The notes below the pieces were generated by a model that searched no databases, had not been told where the DNA came from, and worked only from the letters and a program-made list of their open reading frames with translations. A stretch of 64,000 nt of DNA, from the NCBI GenBank assembly GCA_039831705.1, contig JBDOMT010000215.1, forward strand, positions 7,898 to 71,897, read 5' to 3'. The stretch comes from Pirellulales bacterium (GTDB lineage Bacteria > Planctomycetota > Planctomycetia > Pirellulales > Lacipirellulaceae). The position numbers and the translations under genes are program-made. This document shows positions 9,595-19,274 of this stretch, piece by piece. Position 1 is the stretch's first letter. Every line of letters starts with the position of its first letter.

Positions 9595-9657
9595 AACTCT
9601 CTTGAGCCTGGCCTTAACTCTCTTGAGCCTGGCCTCAACTCTCTTGAGCCTGGCCTT
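9595..9657. repeat. Tandem repeat of a 21-nt unit, aactctcttgagcctggcct(t/c), x3
   Basis: Three head-to-tail copies were read directly (one substitution). The unit length is 3 x 7 nt. Confidence 0.9.
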
Positions 9658-9746
9658 ACTTTTGGGGTAGTCGCAGCCGTAAGTACTGGCAAGGTAAAGG
9701 TTTATTTGTGGGTCTACCCAAAAAGACAAGTTTGACAAAGCACTAG
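9653..9746. repeat. Dispersed repeat family D, copy 1 (~94 nt, ends in tttgacaaagcactag)
   Basis: About 85 percent identical by eye to 19181-19274. The core tttgacaaagcact recurs inverted at 45064-45077. An internal stem ttttggggtag/ctacccaaaa is present. Confidence 0.8.
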
Positions 9747-9748
9747 TC

Positions 9749-12148
9749 ATGCCCAACTCCATCCGCGATGCTATCCTCCACCACGTCAATCACCCTGACT
9801 ATCGTGCTGTAAAGCCCAAGGTAATAGCCAAAAATCTGGGTTTACAAGGCAACGACCTGACAAGGGCAAAAAAGACCATCAAGCGATTGGTTAAGGAAAA
9901 TAAGCTTGTTTATGGGGCCAGGCATCTGATCTACCCTGTTCTCGGCGTTTCCAAGAGTAAGAAAAACTGGTCCAAAAGCACGGATGACCCGGAGGCCGTT
10001 CAAGCGGACAAATCCAAAGAGAGCAGCAAGCCTAAACGACCGTTCAAACACACCGTAGGTACGTTCCGCCGCACGGCGAAAGGCTATGGTTTTGTTCGTC
10101 CTGAAGGAACCTTAGCCTCATCGGGTCGCGAGCAAGACCTCTATGTGGCTGCCAAGAACACTGGCGATGCGGCGCATGGTGACACCGTACGAGTGAAGCT
10201 GATATCGGGGCGCCCACGAAAAAGTGACCGCACCGAAGGCCGCGTCATTGACATTGTTCAACGAGCTACCAACCGTTTCGTTGGCACTTACTTTGAACAG
10301 GCTGGGATGGGCCTGGTGCAGATTGACGGCAACCTTTTCAGCAATCCAATCTACGTTGGAGATCCGGGAGCCAAGGGGGCCCATGACGACGACAAAGTCG
10401 TATTGGAGATGGTCCGTTTTCCATCGCAAGTTCGCGACGGCGAAGGGGTCCTCGTACAGATTCTTGGCCAAAGAGGGCAGCCAGGCGTAGATACACTTTC
10501 GATCATTCACCAATACGACTTGCCTGGTGACTTCCCTGAAGATGTACTGGAAAACGCCCGGCAACAAGCGGCAGCCTTCGACCAACTTACTAGTTCGGAA
10601 ATTTGCAATTCGACCGACGCGCGTCGTGACCTTACCGGTGAGACGATCCTCACCATCGATCCCGCCACCGCCCGAGATTTCGATGACGCTATCTCACTAC
10701 AACGTCTTGAAAATGGCCACTGGCGGTTGGGGGTGCATATTGCCGATGTTTCACACTTTGTACAGCCTAAAAGCCCTCTTGACCGTGAAGCGTTCGAACG
10801 GGCCACCAGTGTCTATCTGCCCGACCAGGTTATCCCAATGCTCCCGGAGATCATCTCCAACAATCTGGCTAGCCTGCAACCTGACAAAATTCGCTATGCG
10901 GTAACTTCTCTGATCGAATTCACTGCCGAAGGCGTTCACGTATCGACTGATCTCTTTAAAAGCATCATTAAAAGTTGTCGCCGTTTTACTTATGACGAAG
11001 TGGATCAATATCTGGCCGATCGTCAGAGTTGGCAAGATAGAATCGATCCCGAAGTCCATGCCCTGTTAGCACGAATGCATACCTTGGGCATGCTTCTTCG
11101 TGGACGCCGCATGAAGCGGGGAGCGTTAGAATTGGCGATGCCTGAACTTAAAATCGACTTGGATACCAAAGGTCATGTCTGCGGTGCCCATCTGGAAAAG
11201 AATACGGAAAGCCATCAAATCATCGAGGAGTTCATGTTGGCAGCCAACATCGCGGTAGCGGAAACGTTGGCCACGGAAGGACTGCTATTTTTACGGCGAG
11301 TTCACGGCAACCCAGATCCGCGCAAGCTCAAAGCATTGACCCAATTTGTCAAAGAATTGGGTCTGGAAATTGAAAATTTAGAAAGTCGCTTTGAGTTGCA
11401 AAAGCTACTGCGTGATGTGAAAAACGATCCGCGTGAATACGCGGTAAATTACGCAACGTTAAGATCGATGCAACGGGCTACTTACAGCCCCGAGGAAGAA
11501 GGGCATTACGCACTGGCCAGCGACAACTACTGCCATTTTACATCGCCCATTCGCCGTTATCCGGATCTTACCATCCACCGGTTAATTGGCTCATTAAACA
11601 AGTCCGTGCCACCGCAACAAAAAATGGAAACACTGCTCATTCTGGGCGACCATTGCAGCGATCGTGAACAACGGTCAACCCAGGCCGAACGCGAACTAAA
11701 TAAAGTTAAACTGCTACATTACTTTCAGGACAAAATTGGCACCGAAATGGAGGGCATCGTCACTGGCGTAGAACGCTTTGGCCTATTTGTCCTGGGCACA
11801 GAAATTCCCGCAGAAGGATTCGTCCACGTTAGCTCGCTGGCTGACGACCATTACCGCTACGACCGTGCGGGGCATGTCTTGCAAGGATTCCGTTCAGGTA
11901 ATACTTTCCGACTGGGAGATCAAGTAAAGGTGGTCGTGGTCTCAGTGGATCTGGAACGACGAGAACTCGATTTCCGTCTCGTTAGCCATGCACAGGCAAA
12001 GGGCAAAAACTCTTCAAAAGGCAAGTCCAGACAAAAAACGAGCTCTCGCAAAGAAACAACATCCGCTCGCCAAGAATCCCAATCGGGATCCACTCAAAAG
12101 TCAAAATCCCCCGCCAAAAAAACCAACCGTCGCAAACGGCGCAAATAG
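9749..12148 (+). CDS. rnr: Ribonuclease R
   Basis: 799 aa with an RNB catalytic core (DPATARDFDDAISL, HFTSPIRRYPDL), a C-terminal S1 domain and a Lys-rich tail. Confidence 0.9.
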   Translation: MPNSIRDAILHHVNHPDYRAVKPKVIAKNLGLQGNDLTRAKKTIKRLVKENKLVYGARHLIYPVLGVSKSKKNWSKSTDDPEAVQADKSKESSKPKRPFKHTVGTFRRTAKGYGFVRPEGTLASSGREQDLYVAAKNTGDAAHGDTVRVKLISGRPRKSDRTEGRVIDIVQRATNRFVGTYFEQAGMGLVQIDGNLFSNPIYVGDPGAKGAHDDDKVVLEMVRFPSQVRDGEGVLVQILGQRGQPGVDTLSIIHQYDLPGDFPEDVLENARQQAAAFDQLTSSEICNSTDARRDLTGETILTIDPATARDFDDAISLQRLENGHWRLGVHIADVSHFVQPKSPLDREAFERATSVYLPDQVIPMLPEIISNNLASLQPDKIRYAVTSLIEFTAEGVHVSTDLFKSIIKSCRRFTYDEVDQYLADRQSWQDRIDPEVHALLARMHTLGMLLRGRRMKRGALELAMPELKIDLDTKGHVCGAHLEKNTESHQIIEEFMLAANIAVAETLATEGLLFLRRVHGNPDPRKLKALTQFVKELGLEIENLESRFELQKLLRDVKNDPREYAVNYATLRSMQRATYSPEEEGHYALASDNYCHFTSPIRRYPDLTIHRLIGSLNKSVPPQQKMETLLILGDHCSDREQRSTQAERELNKVKLLHYFQDKIGTEMEGIVTGVERFGLFVLGTEIPAEGFVHVSSLADDHYRYDRAGHVLQGFRSGNTFRLGDQVKVVVVSVDLERRELDFRLVSHAQAKGKNSSKGKSRQKTSSRKETTSARQESQSGSTQKSKSPAKKTNRRKRRK

Positions 12149-12281
12149 GCTTACCCCCTGACGGATTGGGCCCCCTGACAGATTGGGAGAGAACGTCTAA
12201 AATGTGGCCTCCTATAACAGGAGAATTGCAAAGTCAGTATTTTGAAAAATGGACTGATTAAAAGTACGAAGATAGGCCCTA

Positions 12282-12392
12282 CCACGGAGTCACGGAGAAC
12301 ACGGCGTAGCTTAATCAATGGATCTTTTCTCCGTGCCCTCCGTGACTCCGTGGTTCAATTCTTTGTTATGATTTTGGCTGGATGTGACTTTG
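12282..12392. repeat. Palindromic repeat family A, copy 2 (inverted relative to 4441-4541)
   Basis: The reverse complement aligns with 4441-4541 across aaagtcaca.cca...gaattgaaccacgga..cacggagaaaagatccattgattaagc...ctccgtgactccgtgg. Confidence 0.8.
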
Positions 12393-12462
12393 CAGTTTGC
12401 CGGCCTCTCCTATTGGCTTTTTGAGTCCACACGACACGTATGCAACGCAATTGGCCAGTCAA

Positions 12463-13692
12463 ATGACCGCATCATCACAAACCACATCCACCGAACTGGC
12501 CCGCACCGCACTCTATGACTGGCATGTGGCCCACGGCGGACGCATGGTCGATTTTGGCGGTTGGTTGATGCCCATGCAGTATTCGTCCATCATCAAGGAA
12601 CATCAAATAACCCGCACCGCAGCAGGCCTATTCGACATTTCGCATATGGGTCGCCTCCATTTTTCTGGAACAGGTGTCGCTGAATTTCTCGATTCCCTGC
12701 TCACCCGGCGTGTTATCGACATGCATGCCGGCCAGATTTGCTACAGCCTGATCTGCAACCAACAGGGGGGCATACTAGACGATGTACTAATCTACTGCCT
12801 CGATAATTCTAACGGTGATGATTCTGAGCAGCAGTCAATATTCCGACCAAAAGCCCAATTGTCGAGAGAGCAAAACCCAAGCCTCTCATTTCAGATGGTG
12901 GTCAATGCGAGCAATCGCAAGAAAATTGTCGACTGGCTGACGCATCACCTGGTGTCTGGAGAACTTTCCGCTGATTCTCAGATCTTCGATGATGTTCAAT
13001 TCCAAGATTTGACTCACGAGAGTGCTATGATTGCGGTCCAAGGACCGAAGGCCATTGCACTACTCGACCCACTCCTTGATTGCAATCTAAAAGCGATACG
13101 ATATTACCGTGGCATGCCGGGGCAATTCTCCCAATGGCCCTGCTACATTACCCGGACGGGATACACGGGTGAGGACGGTTGTGAATTGATCGTTGCCAAT
13201 GAAGATGGACCTCGGACCTGGGAAACGATATTAGAACGTGGAAATGAGATGGGCATTTCCCCCATTGGGTTAGCAGCACGAGACACGTTGCGTTTGGAAG
13301 CAGCAATGCCACTGTACGGTCATGAACTATCAGAACAAACGAATCCCATTCAGGCAGGACTTGGATTTGCTCTCAACCTAAAGAATCGTGAATTTATTGG
13401 CCGCGATGCCATTGTCAATTTCCAGACGGAAAACCGTCAGCCAATGCGAATAGGTCTGCAATTGGACGGCAAAAGAGTGCCACGTGAAGGACATGTGATT
13501 TTACAAGCAGGCCAGCCAATTGGCGAAGTCACTAGCGGCACCTATTCCCCCACCTTTGAGCGTCCCATCGCCATGGGATATGTCAAAAAGGTTGCAGGAG
13601 CTCCAGGGACGACTCTCTCCATTGATATTCGCGGCAAGCATCACCCAGCAGTCGTGATACCGCTACCTTTTTACACACGTGGAAAACCTTAA
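12463..13692 (+). CDS. gcvT: Glycine cleavage system aminomethyltransferase T
   Basis: TALYDWHVAHGGRMVDFGGWLMPMQY and the DISHMGRL motifs are present. It is the first gene of a gcvT-H-PA-PB operon. The start was taken at ATG 12463 rather than the TTG-extended 12397. Confidence 0.9.
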   Translation: MTASSQTTSTELARTALYDWHVAHGGRMVDFGGWLMPMQYSSIIKEHQITRTAAGLFDISHMGRLHFSGTGVAEFLDSLLTRRVIDMHAGQICYSLICNQQGGILDDVLIYCLDNSNGDDSEQQSIFRPKAQLSREQNPSLSFQMVVNASNRKKIVDWLTHHLVSGELSADSQIFDDVQFQDLTHESAMIAVQGPKAIALLDPLLDCNLKAIRYYRGMPGQFSQWPCYITRTGYTGEDGCELIVANEDGPRTWETILERGNEMGISPIGLAARDTLRLEAAMPLYGHELSEQTNPIQAGLGFALNLKNREFIGRDAIVNFQTENRQPMRIGLQLDGKRVPREGHVILQAGQPIGEVTSGTYSPTFERPIAMGYVKKVAGAPGTTLSIDIRGKHHPAVVIPLPFYTRGKP

Positions 13693-13703
13693 GGAATATC
13701 GTA

Positions 13704-14099
13704 GTGAACCAGGAAGATTTGTTGTTTGCCAAAACCCATGAATGGGTAGCCATTTCCACTGAAGATGGTCAACCGCTGGCCACGCTTGGGCTCAGCGCAT
13801 TTGCCGTAGAAGCACTGACCGATTTGGTATTTATCGAGCTACCAGAAGTTGGTCAGCAAGTGAAAGCTGAGGAACCGTGTTGTGAGGTCGAATCAGTTAA
13901 GGCTGTCAGCGATGTCTATTCCCCGGTGGAGGGAGAAATCATCGCCGTGAACGATGCCTTGCCCGATGCATTGGAAACACTGAGCGAAGACCCCTACGGT
14001 TCAGGATGGATCGCAAAAATCCGCCTCGCCGGCGAGCCTGATCTGACTCACCTAATGGACTACAAGACCTACCAGAAACAGTGTGAGGAAGAGAGTTGA
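13704..14099 (+). CDS. gcvH: Glycine cleavage system H protein (lipoyl carrier)
   Basis: 131 aa. THEWV..., the lipoyl-Lys motif EVESVKAVSDVYSPV and DPYGSGWI are present. The apparent start is GTG. Confidence 0.9.
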   Translation: MNQEDLLFAKTHEWVAISTEDGQPLATLGLSAFAVEALTDLVFIELPEVGQQVKAEEPCCEVESVKAVSDVYSPVEGEIIAVNDALPDALETLSEDPYGSGWIAKIRLAGEPDLTHLMDYKTYQKQCEEES

Positions 14100-14118
14100 A
14101 AGCTGAGAGTTGAGAGCG
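14091..14118. repeat. Degenerate heptanucleotide tandem repeat (gagagtt gaaagct gagagtt gagagcg) spanning the gcvH stop codon
   Basis: The 7-nt period was read directly. It is the same TTGAGAG word class as 36731-36751 and 44931-44944. Confidence 0.6.
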
Positions 14119-14195
14119 ACAATTCTACCTCCCTGCCAACCACGTTGCTTTCTAACACATCGACATTCAAACATCACACATCTAACATCTACCTG

Positions 14196-15575
14196 ATGCC
14201 TTACCTTTACAACACCCCCGCCGATCAAACTGAAATGCTGGCCACCATTGGGGCCGGTTCATTGGACGAATTATTCGACTCGGTACCACAAGATTTGCAA
14301 TTGGCTCGATCACTCGATCTGCCATCGGCAATGTCTGAAATGGAGTTGGAGCAGCACCTGCATCGATTGGCTAATAAAAACCAGCACGCTGGTCAGCTTG
14401 TTTGTTTCCTGGGAGGTGGTAGCTACGATCATTTTGTGCCCGCTGTGGTTGATGCTATCGGTTCACGAAGCGAATTCTACACTTCTTACACTCCTTATCA
14501 GGCCGAGGCGAGCCAAGGCAACCTGCAAGTCGTATTTGAGTATCAGTCGCTCATTACACGACTCACTGGCATGGAAGTATCGAACGCCAGCATGTACGAC
14601 GGCGGAAGTGCCACGGCCGAAGCAGTGCTGATGGCAATCAGCACGACAGGCGGGCGGAGTGCGAAAAAAAGACAGCCCAATGTTGTCCTACCCCATAGTT
14701 TGCATCCCGAATATCGGGCCACAATCGTTACTTATCTCGAAAATCTTGATGTCCAAGTACGGTTTCTGGAAACACCCCAGGGCATCATCGATAGGGAACA
14801 CCTCGCGAACGTCCTTGACGACCAAACAGCCGCCGTTGTGCTTCAGCATCCCAATTTTTTTGGCTGCTTAGAAGATGCGGAAGAAATCACTCGGATAACT
14901 CACGACGCCGGCGCATTATTGATTTCAGTATTCGACCCGATCAGCCTGGGATTGCTCACCCGCCCGGGAGATTATGGCGCAAATATCGCCGTAGCTGAAG
15001 GGCAAGGCCTCGGAACTCCCATGACTTACGGTGGTCCCTATCTGGGTATCATGGCGTGTGATAAAAAATTGGTCCGACGTATGCCTGGTCGGATCGCGGG
15101 ACAAACTGTCGATCGCCGTGGCAATCCATGTTTTGTACTTACGCTACAAACTCGCGAGCAACACATACGCCGCGCCAAAGCCACCAGCAACGTCTGCACT
15201 AACCAGGGCCTATTTGCTTTACGTGCCACGGTCTATCTGGCCCAACTTGGTCCTCAAGGCCTCCGTGAAACGGCCACCTTATGTCTGCAAAAAGCCCATT
15301 ATGCAAGCCAGCAGCTTTGCCGCCATCCACGTTTCTCACGAGCATTCGACCATCCTACGTTTAAGGAATTTGTCATTCGCGACGCAGAAAATCGAGTCGA
15401 TGAGCTACTGCAAGCAGCAACAAACCATGGCTACCTGGCGGGCATTCCCCTGGCACCGTGGTTCCCGGAATTATCAGACTGTTTTCTCGTCGCCGTCACG
15501 GAAAAACGGACTCAAGATGAAATTGACCGTTGGGTTGGCGAATTGACGCGCTGCGGCGCAAAAGTCCACATCTGA
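14196..15575 (+). CDS. gcvPA: Glycine dehydrogenase (aminomethyl-transferring) subunit 1
   Basis: FLGGGSYDHFVPAVVD and YTPYQAEASQGNLQ are typical of GcvPA. The start was taken at MPYLYNT (14196). Confidence 0.9.
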   Translation: MPYLYNTPADQTEMLATIGAGSLDELFDSVPQDLQLARSLDLPSAMSEMELEQHLHRLANKNQHAGQLVCFLGGGSYDHFVPAVVDAIGSRSEFYTSYTPYQAEASQGNLQVVFEYQSLITRLTGMEVSNASMYDGGSATAEAVLMAISTTGGRSAKKRQPNVVLPHSLHPEYRATIVTYLENLDVQVRFLETPQGIIDREHLANVLDDQTAAVVLQHPNFFGCLEDAEEITRITHDAGALLISVFDPISLGLLTRPGDYGANIAVAEGQGLGTPMTYGGPYLGIMACDKKLVRRMPGRIAGQTVDRRGNPCFVLTLQTREQHIRRAKATSNVCTNQGLFALRATVYLAQLGPQGLRETATLCLQKAHYASQQLCRHPRFSRAFDHPTFKEFVIRDAENRVDELLQAATNHGYLAGIPLAPWFPELSDCFLVAVTEKRTQDEIDRWVGELTRCGAKVHI

Positions 15576-15608
15576 CAGTGTATACGTATACCTAAAAATG
15601 CAATTTCA

Positions 15609-17111
15609 ATGAAAAACACTCGAGACACACAACTGCTGTTCGAACTATCCAGGCCAGGCTGCCGAGCGACAAGACTACCCGCATGCGATGTGCCAGAGCT
15701 GCCTCTTTGCGAGTTGCTCCCAACTGCATCGATGGCATCAACTCCACCTAACCTGCCCGAACTATCCGAACCCCAAATCGTCAGGCATTTCGTCAATTTA
15801 TCAACACAGAACATGAGTGTTGATACACACTTCTACCCGCTTGGGTCCTGTACCATGAAGTACAATCCCAAAAGGAACGAACGAATTGCCGGACTACCTG
15901 GCCTGGCAGAGCTGCATCCCTATCAACCAGAAAGTACGTTGCAGGGCATGCTGCAAATACTTTATGAACTTCAGGAAATATTGCAGGAAATCTCAGGACT
16001 GGCAGTCTGCTCATTGCAACCTGCGGCTGGAGCCCATGGTGAATTGACAGCCCTGTTGGTGGCGAGTGCCTACTTTCGTAATCTGGGCCAAAAACGGCCA
16101 ATCGTATTGGTACCCGACAATGCCCACGGCACCAACCCGGCCAGTGCTTCCATGGCCGGTTTTCAGTCCGTAACCCTCAAAACCACGTCCGATGGTTTTG
16201 TCGACATGGACGAATTGGCCACAAAGTTAAACGATCAAGTCGCCGTGTTGATGATAACCAACCCTAGTACGCTAGGTCTGTTTGAGCCTCACATTCGCCA
16301 GATAGCCGATCAAGTACATGCGGTTGGCGCACTTGTCTACTTGGATGGAGCAAATATGAACGCCATCCTGGGAGTTGCTCGTCCGGGAGATTTCGGGGCC
16401 GACATGCAACATTTCAACCCCCACAAAACCTTCAGTGGGCCACACGGTGGTGGTGGCCCAGGAGCCGGACCGATCTGTGTCACCAAAGAGTTGGCCCCAT
16501 TCCTGCCGGCCCCTATCGTCGTTCCATGTGATCGACAGGAACCTTGTGACCACCAGGAAACTGACGAGAAAGGCTCTGGCCCTACCTATCGACTCGATTG
16601 GGATCGGCCTAAATCTATTGGGCGAGTTCGCGCTTTCTTTGGCAACGTCGGTGTGCTTGTACGAACCTATGCCTATATTCGCACTCATGGCCCGGATGGA
16701 TTGCGACGGGTATCGGAAAATGCGGTTCTCAATGCCAACTACTTGCTCAGCCGCATAAAAAAGATACTGCCCGTTGTGCAAGATGATCGCTGCATGCACG
16801 AGTTTGTCGCCACGGCGGCTCAACTCAAAGCAGAAAAAAATATCTCGGCGATGGATATCGCCAAACGGCTGTTGGACTACGGATTCCACGCTCCAACTGT
16901 CTACTTTCCGCTCACGGTCCCAGAAGCGATCATGATAGAACCCACCGAAAGTGAAAGCAAACAAACACTTGATGATTTTACCGATGCTCTCTTCCGTATC
17001 ATCGAAGAAGACCCCCAATTGCTACACGGTGCTCCGCACACGACTTCCATCAGTCGTCCCAACGAAGTCCAAGCCGCTCGTCAACAGATTTTGTCACATC
17101 CTGAGGCGTGA
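15609..17111 (+). CDS. gcvPB: Glycine dehydrogenase (aminomethyl-transferring) subunit 2
   Basis: FYPLGSCTMKYNPK is present, as is the PLP-Lys region FNPHKTFSGPHGGGGPG. Confidence 0.9.
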   Translation: MKNTRDTQLLFELSRPGCRATRLPACDVPELPLCELLPTASMASTPPNLPELSEPQIVRHFVNLSTQNMSVDTHFYPLGSCTMKYNPKRNERIAGLPGLAELHPYQPESTLQGMLQILYELQEILQEISGLAVCSLQPAAGAHGELTALLVASAYFRNLGQKRPIVLVPDNAHGTNPASASMAGFQSVTLKTTSDGFVDMDELATKLNDQVAVLMITNPSTLGLFEPHIRQIADQVHAVGALVYLDGANMNAILGVARPGDFGADMQHFNPHKTFSGPHGGGGPGAGPICVTKELAPFLPAPIVVPCDRQEPCDHQETDEKGSGPTYRLDWDRPKSIGRVRAFFGNVGVLVRTYAYIRTHGPDGLRRVSENAVLNANYLLSRIKKILPVVQDDRCMHEFVATAAQLKAEKNISAMDIAKRLLDYGFHAPTVYFPLTVPEAIMIEPTESESKQTLDDFTDALFRIIEEDPQLLHGAPHTTSISRPNEVQAARQQILSHPEA

Positions 17112-17112
17112 C

Positions 17113-17922
17113 ATGCAACCCACCCCTTGCCGGTACCTGGTCGATCCACCGCAACCGGGTGCGTGGAATATGGCGGCCGATGAAACCATGCTGGATGCGG
17201 CTGTCCAATCTGGGTCGGCAATGCTTCGTTTCTATCAGTGGCAGCAACCCACTTTATCACTTGGTTATTTCCAACCCTATTCACAACGTTCCTGCCATCC
17301 CTCCAGTCAACAGGCAACTGTCGTTAGGCGTCTCAGTGGGGGCGGAGCACTCGTGCACGATCGTGAACTCACCTACTCTCTGGCACTGCCAGCTTCACAT
17401 CCGCTCATCCAGAACCGTGATAATCTGTATGTCCTCGTACACCAAACACTAATCGATACGTTGTCCGACTTTGACATTCATGCCGATGTGCAGCGCGAAC
17501 CTACCGAAGCAGCAGGGCACATTGACTCCAGCAATGCAACCTGTGCATTCATTCCTTCTGCTGAAGCTCCCTTTCTATGCTTCCAGCGTCACTGTCCTGG
17601 CGATGTGCTGATGTCTGACCACCGCCACGGACAACCGGCAAAAATTCTCGGCAGTGCGCAAAGACGCAGGCGTGGCGCCCTACTACAGCATGGTTCGTTA
17701 CTGCTAGCAATATCGCCGGCTGCCCCCGAACTGGCTGGCATTCAGGATTTAACAGGCAAAATACCCAATAACTCTGACTTGCTAGCCCGCTGGAGCACGC
17801 ATCTTCAGGACTGTCTAAAACTCAAACTCATACCTTCCGATTGGAACCCAGCGCAGCACCACAGCATTCAACGGTACCAGCAATCCAAGTATTGCCGCTC
17901 CAGTTGGACTGAGGCTCGTTAA
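17113..17922 (+). CDS. Lipoate--protein ligase / octanoyltransferase family protein (BPL/LPL catalytic domain)
   Basis: AWNMAADETMLDA...LRFYQWQQPTLSLGYFQ...VRRLSGGGALVHD resembles the LplA/LipB-type catalytic domain. ATG 17113 lies 1 nt after the gcvPB stop, so it is operonic with the lipoyl-dependent gcv genes. Confidence 0.7.
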   Translation: MQPTPCRYLVDPPQPGAWNMAADETMLDAAVQSGSAMLRFYQWQQPTLSLGYFQPYSQRSCHPSSQQATVVRRLSGGGALVHDRELTYSLALPASHPLIQNRDNLYVLVHQTLIDTLSDFDIHADVQREPTEAAGHIDSSNATCAFIPSAEAPFLCFQRHCPGDVLMSDHRHGQPAKILGSAQRRRRGALLQHGSLLLAISPAAPELAGIQDLTGKIPNNSDLLARWSTHLQDCLKLKLIPSDWNPAQHHSIQRYQQSKYCRSSWTEAR

Positions 17923-18102
17923 GCTTGAGGCCCGTTCTACCGATACGAATTAAGTGTCCAACGTGATATATTCTGCCACCCAGTAGGAAAGCGTGATATA
18001 TCTGGTGCCAAATTCCTATCTGCCTGCTACAATGACGGTAGCACCGGTCGTGTCGATTATTTAGCAATATCAATTGTTTACTTGAGAAGAAGCCAGTCTC
18101 CC

Positions 18103-18864
18103 ATGGATGTTACCCTCAAAGTACTTAAAGGGGCCAAATCGGGTGGGAAAATTACGATCAAAAAGGAAAAATTCCTGATTGGTCGTAGCAAGAAGTGCAG
18201 TTTGTGTGTCGGTACAGAATCAATCAGCCGCCAACATTGTGTTATCACTCGCTACCAATCACGCGTTACCATTGCGGATCTGGGAAGCCGCAACGGGACC
18301 ATTGTCAACGGCGAGCGAATTGACGAGCCTGTGCCTCTCAAATCGGGTGATGAATTGGACATCGGGCCTCTGCGATTCCTGGTGACTATCAGCAACGGCA
18401 TCAGCAATCTCAAACGCGACAAAGTGAAATCGATTGCTGACGCCGCTCAACGTACAGCCAATACCCACTCTACCGATGTCCTTGAGGATGACATCACTTC
18501 ATGGCTATCGGGTATTGGTGTTAGCTCAGGGTCAACCGTCTCTCCCTCCATTACGGATACGCAGACCATTCGACTGGATGACACAAATGCAGCAGAGATG
18601 AAGCATGCGTTAGAAGAATTTGCTCAACAAGAAGCTCAAACTGAACAAAACCAAAGACCTGCCGAAAAGGAAAAATCGTCGCAGAATAATTCCACCTCAA
18701 GCGATGGAAAATCGGGAACCAGTAAATCAAATCCTAAGATTCAAACTGATTCTAAGATTCAAAAGGGGCTCGGAAAATTACCATCCATTCCTTCAAAACC
18801 TACAGCCAAAAACAGTTGCGAAGCGGCTGCCGAAGCATTGCGATCCTGGGGACGAAGAAAGTAA
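18103..18864 (+). CDS. FHA domain-containing protein with a low-complexity C-terminus
   Basis: FLIGRSKKCSLCV..ESISRQHCVI......VTIADLGSRNGTIVNGERI is a canonical FHA core. Confidence 0.8.
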   Translation: MDVTLKVLKGAKSGGKITIKKEKFLIGRSKKCSLCVGTESISRQHCVITRYQSRVTIADLGSRNGTIVNGERIDEPVPLKSGDELDIGPLRFLVTISNGISNLKRDKVKSIADAAQRTANTHSTDVLEDDITSWLSGIGVSSGSTVSPSITDTQTIRLDDTNAAEMKHALEEFAQQEAQTEQNQRPAEKEKSSQNNSTSSDGKSGTSKSNPKIQTDSKIQKGLGKLPSIPSKPTAKNSCEAAAEALRSWGRRK

Positions 18865-18901
18865 CGTCTGGCGAAAAAGAGTCTGGCTTTAGGAATTTCT
18901 C

Positions 18902-19156
18902 ATGAACAGAAGAATCCCTCACCCAAAATGCTCACTACTCGGCTTGGCTTTCGATGCCGAAGATGGGCAAAAGCGAATAACCCGCGGCCCCAACTTTTTC
19001 CTCGCTGGGGGCACGCAGGAAACTCACGGAATCATGCAAGAAACCGCCATCAAAGTCAACGAACACCTGGATGGCAAGGGAAAACGACTGGAAGATGTCT
19101 CTGATCAGGAATTGCGGCACATTGTGGAAGACATCCAGACTGGCCCGAGTTTATGA
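18902..19156 (+). CDS. Hypothetical small protein (84 aa)
   Basis: ORF only. I recognise no family. It sits in a compact gene context. Confidence 0.35.
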   Translation: MNRRIPHPKCSLLGLAFDAEDGQKRITRGPNFFLAGGTQETHGIMQETAIKVNEHLDGKGKRLEDVSDQELRHIVEDIQTGPSL

Positions 19157-19180
19157 ACATCCAGGCTAGTGTCTGGTCAA

Positions 19181-19274
19181 GCCTTACTTTTGGGGTAGCC
19201 GCAGCCATAACTACTGGCAGGGCAAAGATTTATTTTTGCGTCAACTCAAAAAGATAAGTTTGACAAAGCACTAG
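19181..19274. repeat. Dispersed repeat family D, copy 2
   Basis: gccttacttttggggtagccgcagccataactactggcagggcaaagatttatttttgcgtcaactcaaaaagataagtttgacaaagcactag aligns with 9653-9746. Confidence 0.8.

Noticed and set aside
12340-12362. tRNA-like T-arm resemblance (ccgtggttcaattc) inside family A repeats. I also searched the window for tRNA genes.
   Set aside because: There is no complementary closing stem, acceptor stem or anticodon arm, and the same string is part of a dispersed palindromic repeat. I found no convincing tRNA anywhere in the window by eye. tRNAscan-SE would be definitive.
12149-12462. Looked for a glycine riboswitch in the leader of the gcvT-H-PA-PB operon.
   Set aside because: I could not find the conserved GGAGAG...ACCGAAGGGGCAA-type cores on either strand. 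The leader is instead largely occupied by the family A palindromic repeat. An Infernal scan would be needed for a definitive negative.
16272-17018. 248-aa antisense ORF within gcvPB. Similar long antisense ORFs occur at 51262-51981 (within addA-like), 61845-62528 (within fwdA) and 56231-56878 (within sbcC-like).
   Set aside because: Each is fully embedded opposite a CDS with strong family motifs. None has a recognisable motif of its own, so they are treated as shadow ORFs.
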